Assembly (NCBI GenBank): GCA_028689875.1
Contig: JAQVCG010000002.1
Span: forward strand, 3,086-67,085
Origin: Candidatus Rifleibacteriota bacterium
GTDB lineage: Bacteria > Muiribacteriota > Ozemobacteria > Ozemobacterales > Ozemobacteraceae
Direction of reading: 5' to 3'
DNA length: 64,000 bases
Made by a program: the position numbers and the translations under genes. The notes below the pieces were generated by a model that was given only the letters and a program-made list of their open reading frames with translations, was not told where the DNA came from and ran no database searches. The stretch's first letter is position 1; each line of letters opens with the position of its first letter. Of the stretch, positions 20,394 through 28,423 are shown one piece after another.

Positions 20394-22649
20394 ATGGCAA
20401 CCGAAAAAACTCATAATTGGAAATTTTTTAAATCAGGAAATCTTGTTCAAGTTTGCTTAGAGTCGGGTAAAGATTTAATAAATCTTGAAAATTTAGACCC
20501 CAAACTTTGGTCAGCAATGATGTGTCCGCAGACTAATATGGAATTCGATGCGAAAACGCTGGAATATCTAGATACGGACGGCGATAAAAGAATTAAAATA
20601 CCTGAAATAATTGCCGCTGTAAAATGGGTTTGTTCGATATTAAAAGATGCTAATTCGCTTTTAAAACCGCAAGATAACCTTCCTTTAAGTGAAATTAACG
20701 ATTCGGTTGCTGAAGGAAAACAGTTGTTAGACTCGGCAAAACAAATTTTGAGAAATTTGGGAAAAGCTGAAGAAACATCTATTAGCTTGGCTGATTTGGC
20801 AGACACCAAAAAAATATTTGCTGCAACTGCTTTTAACGGAGATGGGGTAATTGCGTCTGAACCGGAGTTTGAAGCGGGTATCGCAAAATACATTTCTGAC
20901 GCTTTGTCATGTGTGGGCAGTGTGGAAGACAGAAGCGGCAAGCCCGGAATTAACTTTGATTTGTTAGATAAATTTTTGGCAGAATGCAAGGGTTATAGCG
21001 AATGGCATCAGGGTTCAAAGTCCGGCGAAATAATGTTTGCCGGCGATGCGTCAGCGGCTATTTATGGCTTGTATGCCGAGCTAAAAGTAAAAATTGAAGA
21101 CTATTTCACAAGATGCAAATTGGTGTCTTTTGATAAAAGATACGAGCAGGCGGGGCAGACTCTTGAGGCCGAATATGCGGTACTTTTGAAAAAGAGTTTG
21201 TCGGGCAGTGCGGCTGAGTTAAAAGATATGCCTTTGGCTTTGGCAACAGAAAAGGCTGTTTTGCCTATGTATGAGCACGCTAACCCGGCTTGGTCGGATG
21301 CTCTTGTTAAATTTGCAGAAAAGGTTTCGGCTCCGATAGTTGGAGAAGGCAAAACGTTAAGTGAAGGGCAGTGGAACACTATTAAAGCTAAGATAGCGCC
21401 TTATGAAGGTTGGATAACGGCTAAAAAAGGTGAAAGCGTAGAAAAGCTGGGGATTGCAAGGGTTGAAGAGATTTTGAATTGCGGTCTGGATAAAGAAGTG
21501 AAATCGCTGATTGACCGCGATAAAGCACTGGAACCTCAGTTTAAGGTTATTTCTACCGTAGATAAGCTTGTCAGATATTACAAATATATTTATCTGCTTT
21601 TGAATAACTTTGCCAGTTTCTCTGATTTTTATAATCCCGAAAAAAAGGCTATCTTTCAGGCCGGAACACTTTATATGGACGGCAGAAGCTGCGAATTATG
21701 CGTAAAAGTAGATGATATTGGTGCGCACAGTGGTTTGGCAGCATCTTCAAATATCTTTTTGGCATATTGCAAATGCATTAAAAAAGGCACAAATGAAAGC
21801 ATAAATATTGTAGCGGGCTTTACTGACGGCGAATCAGATGACCTTATTGTCGGGCGTAACGGCGTTTTTGTAGACCGCAACGGCACATACTGGGATGCAG
21901 TAATCAACAAGGTTGTTGATCATCCGATTAGTATAAGACAAGCATTCTGGGCCCCTTACAGACGCATGGGTAAAATGATTAACGAGCAGATCGAAAAATT
22001 TGCATCGTCTAAGGACAAAGATGTTACTGCTTCTTTTTCGGCATCTGTAGACAGCGCTTCTAAAGCTGCTCAAACACCGGCAACAGGGGCAGCGGGACAG
22101 CCGGTAAGCGCATTCGACGTTGGCAAATTTGCGGGTATTTTTGCAGCTATCGGTTTGGCTTTGGCAGCTTTGGGTTCAGCGGTGGCCTCAATTTTATCGG
22201 CGTTTTTAAGTTTGCTTTGGTGGCAAATGCCTCTGGCTATTTTAGGTGTTTTGCTAATTATTTCGGGCCCATCAATGCTTTTAACTGCTATGCGTCTCAG
22301 AAAAAGAAGTCTTGGCGGTATTTTGAATGCAAACGGTTGGGCAATTAACACTAAAGCCGGCATAAGCATTAAGATGGGTAAAGGCATGACAAGTGTTGCA
22401 ACTCTACCTGAAAACAGTATTACAACCTATACGCATCCTTATGGTGAAAGCAAAAAAATCTGGAAAACGTTTTTGGTAATTATCATTATTGCGATTGCCT
22501 GGATGTTTTTTGCATGCAAAAACAACTCTTGCCCACTCGCTTCGTGTATAAAGTCAGCTATTTGCGGTGAAACAACATGTGGTGAAACAACAAAAGCTGA
22601 AACAACAACCACGGAAACTACAGCTGGGGAAACAGCAAGTAACAAATAA
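20394..22649 (+). CDS. large hypothetical protein, cytoplasmic N-terminal ~560 aa, three C-terminal TM helices and Cys-rich tail with pentapeptide GETT-like repeats
   Basis: A 751-aa ORF with RBS GGTGAGG. No signal peptide. Hydrophobic helices lie at about residues 575-600, 605-630 and 690-712. The tail reads CKNNSCPLASCIKSAICGETTCGETTKAETTTTETTAGETASNK. No enzymatic motif is recognised. Confidence 0.5.
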   Translation: MATEKTHNWKFFKSGNLVQVCLESGKDLINLENLDPKLWSAMMCPQTNMEFDAKTLEYLDTDGDKRIKIPEIIAAVKWVCSILKDANSLLKPQDNLPLSEINDSVAEGKQLLDSAKQILRNLGKAEETSISLADLADTKKIFAATAFNGDGVIASEPEFEAGIAKYISDALSCVGSVEDRSGKPGINFDLLDKFLAECKGYSEWHQGSKSGEIMFAGDASAAIYGLYAELKVKIEDYFTRCKLVSFDKRYEQAGQTLEAEYAVLLKKSLSGSAAELKDMPLALATEKAVLPMYEHANPAWSDALVKFAEKVSAPIVGEGKTLSEGQWNTIKAKIAPYEGWITAKKGESVEKLGIARVEEILNCGLDKEVKSLIDRDKALEPQFKVISTVDKLVRYYKYIYLLLNNFASFSDFYNPEKKAIFQAGTLYMDGRSCELCVKVDDIGAHSGLAASSNIFLAYCKCIKKGTNESINIVAGFTDGESDDLIVGRNGVFVDRNGTYWDAVINKVVDHPISIRQAFWAPYRRMGKMINEQIEKFASSKDKDVTASFSASVDSASKAAQTPATGAAGQPVSAFDVGKFAGIFAAIGLALAALGSAVASILSAFLSLLWWQMPLAILGVLLIISGPSMLLTAMRLRKRSLGGILNANGWAINTKAGISIKMGKGMTSVATLPENSITTYTHPYGESKKIWKTFLVIIIIAIAWMFFACKNNSCPLASCIKSAICGETTCGETTKAETTTTETTAGETASNK
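22563..22637 (+). repeat. five imperfect 15-nt tandem repeats inside the 3' end of the 20394-22649 CDS
   Basis: TGCGGTGAAACAACA / TGTGGTGAAACAACA / AAAGCTGAAACAACA / ACCACGGAAACTACA / GCTGGGGAAACAGCA. They encode (C/K/T/A)(G/A/T)ETT pentapeptides. Confidence 0.6.
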
Positions 22650-22678
22650 AAGGATATAAAATAAACGGAAACATCAAG

Positions 22679-24925
22679 ATGAAAAACTTCGGTAAAATTA
22701 TTATTGCTGTTATATTTTTGATGTTTTCATTTTTTATTTTTAGCTCCTCAGAACTGCTTGCTGCGGAGCAGGCTTTAAAGGCAAGTGATACAATCGAATT
22801 AACATTCTGGAACTTCTGGGATCCTAAGTTTATTTTGCCTGTAATAGAGCGGTTTGAAAAAGAAAATCCCGGAATAAAAATAATTAACGAACAAGTCTCT
22901 TGGAGTAATGGCTTAGATAAAATTATTATTTCTATGGCTAATAATATGGCTCCTGATATTTGTGAGATGGGCTCCACCTGGATGGGTAAATTCATGTCAG
23001 AGGGAGCTTTATTAGATATTACTGATAAAGTTTCTGATTTAAGAGATAAATACCTGATGTGGGCACCTGCCGAAATGAATGGGCGATATTACGGAATGCC
23101 TTGGCTGGCAGGCACTCGCGTTATGTTTTATAATCGCGAACTTTTTGCTCAAGTAGGCCTAGACCCTGACAAGCCGCCTTTAACTTGGCAAGAATTTATT
23201 GATGCCGCACGTTTAATTCATAATCCCCAAAAGGGCATTTATGGCTTTGGTATGAATGCAGGCGAAGGGCACATTCTATATAAAAAGTTTATGCCTTTTG
23301 TTTGGGGCAACGGCGGAAAAATATTAGACGAAAACGATAATTTTCTTTTTGACAGTAAAGAAACCAGAGAAGCATTAGATTTTTATTTAAAGTTAAAAGA
23401 ATATAGCTATTGCGAAAAACAAGATCTGCTTGATGAAGCTTTTAAGAGAGGTAAATTGGGGCTTGCTATTTCGGGCTCATGGAACTTTGCGCGCTACCCG
23501 AAAGATGCGCCCAAACTTGATTTTGGTGTGTCTTTAATGCCAAAGCCTGCAAAAGACAAAGGTTTTTCAACGTCATTTTTGGGCGGCGAAATTTTGGTTC
23601 TCTTTAAAAGCTGTAAACATCCTGATATTGCCGCAAAATTTGTTCGCTATATTGTTGAAATGGAAAACACGATGCCCATAACCAAAGAGGCCTGGGTTAG
23701 TTTTCCGGCGCATCTTGACGCTTATAAAGACACTGTTTTTACACAAGATAAAAGATTGTCTGTGTTTACAGAGCAGATGAAAACAGCTATTCATCCTCCG
23801 GTTCACCGTTTATGGATAGAATTAGAAAAAATAATCAATACGGCTGTCGAAAAAGCAATGTACAACGAGCCTATAGAAAGCGTTTTTAAAGAGGCTAATG
23901 AAGAATTTGAGAAAGTATCAGGCAAAAAAGATGAATCTAAGCAGTCGTCTTCATTTTTGATTGTTGTTCTTTCTGCGCTTGGAGTAGGAATAATTATTAA
24001 TGCCATTTTGCTTGCGTTTATTTTATATGAGGTCAGGAAAAACAAGTCAGGTCCTGTTGGCCCCCTGGAACGGGCTCAACGTTATATTCTGTTTCTGACT
24101 CCATGGTTTATAACATTTTTTGTTTTTTGGCTTTACCCGCTTTTGTTCTCGGTTGTATTAAGCTTTTGCGAATATGATGTGTTTCATCCGGCTGTGTTTA
24201 GCTTTTCGGGCTTTGAAAATTACAGCGCCTTGCTTCAAGACGAAAGATTTATACAATCATTTTTTAATACTTTAATTTTTGTTGTCGGCACCACCCCGGT
24301 TACAACAGCTTTAGGGCTTGCACTTGCCCTGATGATCAATGCTTTAAAAAGTAAAAGTGATATTTTCAGGTCTGTATTTTTTTTGCCGTCGATCATATCA
24401 ATAGTAGTTACGGCTACCATATTTAAGTCTTTTTATTCGCCGGTTGGCTTATTGAACAGATTCTTAGCTCTTTTTGGAATACAAGGCTACGGCTGGCTTG
24501 TAGAGAAGAGTTTTGCCCTTCCTGCAATTATGACAATGGACGTTTGGGCTTATGCCGGTTATTACATGGTTTTGTATCTGGCGGCGCTTACGGCTGTGCC
24601 AAAGAGTCTTTATGAGGCGGCAGAAGTTGACGGGGCAAATGAATGGGAACAATTCAGATATATTACGCTTCCGCAAATAAAGTATATGACAGTATTTGTA
24701 ATGACCATAAATACAATCAGGAGCTGGCAGGTTTTTCCCGAAGTATTTACTCTGACTTCGGGTGGCCCGGTTGGAAGCACAAACACTCTGGTTCATTATC
24801 TTTACGAGCTGGCATTCAGATACCATAAAATGGGTTATGCCTCGGCTATTTCGTTAGTTTTGCTGGTATTAGTTTTTGTTTTTTCATTGATTCAAATGAA
24901 AATATTGTCAGGGAAAAAGCGGTAA
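22679..24925 (+). CDS. carbohydrate ABC transporter: fused extracellular solute-binding domain (family 1) + MalF/UgpA-type permease domain
   Basis: A 748-aa single ORF. It has an N-terminal signal peptide. A ~400-aa SBP-like domain (WNFWDP..., GSTWMGKF, PWLAGTRVMFYNRELF) is joined by a linker TM helix (FLIVVLSALGVGIIINAILLAFILY) to a six-TM permease carrying the EAA-like region (EAAEVDGANEWEQFRYITLPQI). Confidence 0.7.
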   Translation: MKNFGKIIIAVIFLMFSFFIFSSSELLAAEQALKASDTIELTFWNFWDPKFILPVIERFEKENPGIKIINEQVSWSNGLDKIIISMANNMAPDICEMGSTWMGKFMSEGALLDITDKVSDLRDKYLMWAPAEMNGRYYGMPWLAGTRVMFYNRELFAQVGLDPDKPPLTWQEFIDAARLIHNPQKGIYGFGMNAGEGHILYKKFMPFVWGNGGKILDENDNFLFDSKETREALDFYLKLKEYSYCEKQDLLDEAFKRGKLGLAISGSWNFARYPKDAPKLDFGVSLMPKPAKDKGFSTSFLGGEILVLFKSCKHPDIAAKFVRYIVEMENTMPITKEAWVSFPAHLDAYKDTVFTQDKRLSVFTEQMKTAIHPPVHRLWIELEKIINTAVEKAMYNEPIESVFKEANEEFEKVSGKKDESKQSSSFLIVVLSALGVGIIINAILLAFILYEVRKNKSGPVGPLERAQRYILFLTPWFITFFVFWLYPLLFSVVLSFCEYDVFHPAVFSFSGFENYSALLQDERFIQSFFNTLIFVVGTTPVTTALGLALALMINALKSKSDIFRSVFFLPSIISIVVTATIFKSFYSPVGLLNRFLALFGIQGYGWLVEKSFALPAIMTMDVWAYAGYYMVLYLAALTAVPKSLYEAAEVDGANEWEQFRYITLPQIKYMTVFVMTINTIRSWQVFPEVFTLTSGGPVGSTNTLVHYLYELAFRYHKMGYASAISLVLLVLVFVFSLIQMKILSGKKR

Positions 24926-24929
24926 TTAA

Positions 24930-25745
24930 ATGAAAAAAAATAGCATAAAACAAACCGGTTTATTATTGGCTTTAAGTGTTTTGGCCGTCGGTTATATTGT
25001 TCCTTGGCTTTACATGGTATTTAGATCGTTTTTGCGACACGAGCCTGGAATGGGCGACGGAGCAGGTTTATTTACCCTGGATTCTTATCGCGTAATTTTA
25101 GGCAGTGCCGGGTTTTTAAGTTATATTTCTAACAGCATTATAGTGCTTGTTTGCGTTGTAAGCGCCAATGTCATTTTTTCTCTTATGGTTGGCTATGCCT
25201 TTGCGCGATATAAGTTTCCTTTTAAAAAGACTTTATTTGCGCTTGTTCTATGCACTCTTATGGTTCCGAAGCAAACTCTTATGGTGCCTTTGCTGGATTT
25301 AATTGTAAAAATCGGTTTGCATGATTCTTTGTGGGCGATAATACTTCCATTTTGCGTAGACGGCTTTAATGTTTTCTTAATGAAGCAGTATATCAGCGCT
25401 TTGCCGCGCGAGCTTGAAGATGCTGCTCGTGCAGACGGTGCCAGTGAAATAAGTGTTTTGCGGCATGTCGTTGTTCCGCTTAGTAAGCCTGCTTTTGCGG
25501 TGGTGGTTATCAATACGGCAATATTGAATTGGAACTCGTTTTTGTTTCCTCTTATTTTTATCGATACTTCTGCAAAAAGAACATTGCCTGTCGCTTTGTC
25601 TATGCTCTCGCAAGGACCTTATGCAACAGACTGGGGCGTTTTGATGGCCGGTGCTTCTGTTAGTTCTTTGCCTATGATACTAATATTTTGGTTTTTCCAA
25701 AAAGAAATCATCGCGGGCATTACCGGCGGCGCCTTAAAAGAGTAA
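24930..25745 (+). CDS. carbohydrate ABC transporter permease (MalG/UgpE-type)
   Basis: A 271-aa ORF with six TM helices. The EAA motif region reads DAARADGASEISVLRHVVVPLSKPA. It lies 4 nt downstream of the fused SBP-permease gene. No ABC ATPase gene is adjacent. Confidence 0.75.
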   Translation: MKKNSIKQTGLLLALSVLAVGYIVPWLYMVFRSFLRHEPGMGDGAGLFTLDSYRVILGSAGFLSYISNSIIVLVCVVSANVIFSLMVGYAFARYKFPFKKTLFALVLCTLMVPKQTLMVPLLDLIVKIGLHDSLWAIILPFCVDGFNVFLMKQYISALPRELEDAARADGASEISVLRHVVVPLSKPAFAVVVINTAILNWNSFLFPLIFIDTSAKRTLPVALSMLSQGPYATDWGVLMAGASVSSLPMILIFWFFQKEIIAGITGGALKE

Positions 25746-25751
25746 AAACTT

Positions 25752-27428
25752 TTAATTGCTTTTGCTTAATAGGGTTTGTGCAAATGAAAGACCATCTGAA
25801 TCGGTTTGTCCGAGCATGCGGGCAATTTCTTCAACTCTTTCTTGCCCTTCGACCTGCGCGATATTTATGCGCGTTTGGTTCTCTTTTATACTTTTGCTAA
25901 CCATAAAGTGACAAGTGCCTTCTTTGGCAATTTGGTGGAGGTGTGTGACCAGTAAGACTTGCTTTTCTTTGCCCAGTTTGTTAAGACTCTCAGCTACAGC
26001 CTCAGCTGTTTTGCCGCCAATACCGGTGTCTATTTCATCAAAGATCAGTGTTGGAAGGGCGTCGCATGTAGCCAGTACTTTTTTTATGGCTAGTGCAACC
26101 CTTGATAGTTCGCCTCCCGAGGCTATTTTTCTTAACGGACCGCCTGGTGCCCCGGGGTTTAGGGAAACATAGAATTCGATGTTTTCTGCGCCGTCAGAGG
26201 TTGGTTCTGTTTTTTCTGCTTTTGCTTCGAATACCGAAGAGTTAAAGCCCAGTAAAGCCATTTCTGCCGAAACTTTTTCGTTTAAACTTTTTGCAAGCAT
26301 TTCGCGTTCGGCCGTAATTTCTGAAAGTAAAGATTTATACTGTTTATCAATTTCAGCGAGAGCTATTCTTAATTTATCTTTTGTTTGGTCGGGCTGCATC
26401 AGTTCTTCAAGCTCTGTATTAACTTTTTGTTTAAGCTCAAACAGACCTTTAAAGTCGCAGCCAAGCTTTCTGCATACTCTCGAAATATCGGTGAGCCTTG
26501 CTTGAACTTCATAAAGGCGGTCGGGGTTCAAATCTGTTTCGTCTGCTTTGTATTCTAAGTCAGTTTGCAAAGCTTTAAGCTCGTAATAAAGACTTCCTGT
26601 TCTTTCGCTCAGCTCAGTTAATGAATTGTCAAAATCAGAAATCTTTCTTAAACTTTCAAATGCTTTGTAAAGTTTGGTAACAGCTCCGCTTTCTTCTTCA
26701 TTGTCAGAAAAAATTGAGGTTGCTGCGCGCAGATTTGATAAAATTTGTTCCGAATGAGACAGTATTTTTGATTCTTCTTTTAATTCTTCTTCTTCGTTTT
26801 CGTTACTCAAATTCAGACTCATTACATCTTTAAGTATGCTTTCCAGTTCTTCTATTCTTTCAGCAGACCTTGAGGTTTTAGATTCTAATTCAGAGAGTTG
26901 TCTGATGATTTGCTGTCTCTTTTTATGTGTAGCCTTCAATTCAATCAAATTATTTTTGTGAGTCTCTGAGCCGGTTCTGTCAAGAAGATGCTTTTGCGTA
27001 TCAGGATCTAATAGGGTTTGGTGCTCGTTTTGGCCGTGTATTTCCATTAGATATGGGCCAAGTTCTTTCAAAACTGATGCAGTTGACATGATGCCGTTAA
27101 CAAAAACTCTTCCGCTACCTTCTTCTTTAAATGTTCGTGACACAGAGAGCAAGTCCGGCTCGTCTTCATTTAAAAGGCCGGTTTCTTCAAGTTTATTTTT
27201 AAGGGGTTTTAAACTCTTAATATCAAATTCGGCTTGGATTTTAGCTGTGGTTTCGCCAGGCATTACTATTCCCGTACGTGATTTTTTGCCTAAGATTAAT
27301 TTAACCGCTTCGAGCATAATACTTTTCCCGGCGCCGGTTTCACCGGTTATAACATTTAAGCCCGGTGAAAATGCCAGGCTGGCGTTTTTCATAAAAAGAA
27401 AATTTTCGAGCTGCAGCTCCTTAATCAT
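25752..27428 (-). CDS. recN: DNA repair protein RecN
   Basis: A 558-aa ORF. The N-terminus MIKELQLENFLFMKNASLAFSPGLNVITGETGAGKSIMLEAV matches the RecN pattern (..L.I.nfa....l.f..gl.viTGETGAGKSI). It has a long central coiled coil, a C-terminal signature SGGELSR, and a D-loop LIFDEIDTGIGG. Confidence 0.85.
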   Translation of the reverse strand: MIKELQLENFLFMKNASLAFSPGLNVITGETGAGKSIMLEAVKLILGKKSRTGIVMPGETTAKIQAEFDIKSLKPLKNKLEETGLLNEDEPDLLSVSRTFKEEGSGRVFVNGIMSTASVLKELGPYLMEIHGQNEHQTLLDPDTQKHLLDRTGSETHKNNLIELKATHKKRQQIIRQLSELESKTSRSAERIEELESILKDVMSLNLSNENEEEELKEESKILSHSEQILSNLRAATSIFSDNEEESGAVTKLYKAFESLRKISDFDNSLTELSERTGSLYYELKALQTDLEYKADETDLNPDRLYEVQARLTDISRVCRKLGCDFKGLFELKQKVNTELEELMQPDQTKDKLRIALAEIDKQYKSLLSEITAEREMLAKSLNEKVSAEMALLGFNSSVFEAKAEKTEPTSDGAENIEFYVSLNPGAPGGPLRKIASGGELSRVALAIKKVLATCDALPTLIFDEIDTGIGGKTAEAVAESLNKLGKEKQVLLVTHLHQIAKEGTCHFMVSKSIKENQTRINIAQVEGQERVEEIARMLGQTDSDGLSFAQTLLSKSN

Positions 27429-27527
27429 TTGTGTTTTCCCTTATTGTTGTGCATATGTCGTTTCTTGATAATGAGCGAATTTTATCCTAATTAAAAAAAC
27501 TGGTCAAGCGCAAAGATATAAAAAAGT

Positions 27528-27555
27528 ATTGTATGTTGCCTGTTTTATTGTATAA
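27528..27555 (+). promoter_or_regulatory. putative sigma70-type promoter for the TPR gene
   Basis: TTGTAT (27528-27533), a 16-nt spacer, and TATAAT (27550-27555), 9 nt before the ATG at 27565. This implies a very short leader. Confidence 0.3.
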
Positions 27556-27564
27556 TTAGCAATT

Positions 27565-28398
27565 ATGGCTTTTTCAAACGACGACATAATTAAGAGAGCG
27601 AATTATTGCCTCAAAAAAGGTATAAACCCCGCTAGTGCAGAGGTTGCGCTTGGTATTGCGTATTTTGAAAAGAGCGATATAGAAAAAGCGCTAGAGCACT
27701 ATTTAAAGGCGCTTGAAATTAATGAGAGCTGTGCAGAGGCTCATGCGGGGCTTGGCATGAGTTATGCTCGATTAGGCAAAACCGATAAGGTAATAATCCA
27801 TCTTGAAACTGCTCTTAAGCTAAGTCCTGATTGCGGTTTGATAGCTAATTGGATAGCTGACGCTTATTATGATATAGGCGATTTAGATAAAGCGATATCA
27901 TATTATTCAGAAGCTTTAAAGCTGGATTCTGCTGATAATAACGCTCAAAATGATATGGCCGATGCATATCGTCTGAAAGGCGACCATAAAACGGCTCTTG
28001 AAATGTATGAGCGGGCCTTAGCAATTGATTCAGGTGATACAAACGCTTTATTAGAAAAAGCCCAGTGTCTGGTTCAGTTAAAAGAGCCTGAGAAAGCTTT
28101 AAAAACCCTTCACGAGCTTATTACAAATTTTCCTGAAAGTCGTGACAGTGCCGCGGCTATGGTTGTTTGCGCTGCGATTTTAGGGAAACTTGGCAGGCAG
28201 AACGATGCCTACGAATGGTTTACAAAATCATTAGAGTTTTTTCCCTATAACAGAATGGTTCTTTTTCAGGCCGCTATATGCGCATATAGGCTTAATAAGT
28301 TTAAAGATGGCAAAGAGTTTGTTGCGCGTATACTTCAGATGAATCCTTCTGACGAAAGAGCTAAGTCGCTTTTAAAAAAACTTAATTCAAAAAAATAG
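27565..28398 (+). CDS. TPR-repeat protein
   Basis: A 277-aa ORF. At least six 34-residue repeats fit the TPR consensus (for example ALEHYLKALEINESCAEAHAGLGMSYARLGKTDK and AISYYSEALKLDSADNNAQNDMADAYRLKGDHKT). Confidence 0.7.
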   Translation: MAFSNDDIIKRANYCLKKGINPASAEVALGIAYFEKSDIEKALEHYLKALEINESCAEAHAGLGMSYARLGKTDKVIIHLETALKLSPDCGLIANWIADAYYDIGDLDKAISYYSEALKLDSADNNAQNDMADAYRLKGDHKTALEMYERALAIDSGDTNALLEKAQCLVQLKEPEKALKTLHELITNFPESRDSAAAMVVCAAILGKLGRQNDAYEWFTKSLEFFPYNRMVLFQAAICAYRLNKFKDGKEFVARILQMNPSDERAKSLLKKLNSKK

Positions 28399-28423
28399 GT
28401 ATGTGTAAAAAAAGAAAGAGATT

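Noticed and set aside
20560-20610. EF-hand-like loop (YLDTDGDKRIKIPE) in the 751-aa protein
   Set aside because: Position 6 of the canonical 12-residue loop is Lys rather than Gly and there is no paired second loop. This is insufficient to call a calcium-binding EF-hand.
25688-25900. Plus-strand ORF 25688-25900 bridging the 6-bp gap between the convergent permease and recN
   Set aside because: It overlaps the 3' ends of both well-supported genes, is Arg-rich and low-complexity with no RBS, and is a likely artefact.
27429-27564. Looked for a LexA/SOS box upstream of recN
   Set aside because: There is no CTGT-N8-ACAG or CGAAC-N4-GTTCG palindrome. Only a short direct repeat, ATTGTAT x2, is present, and that is better explained as -35/-10 context of the divergent TPR promoter.
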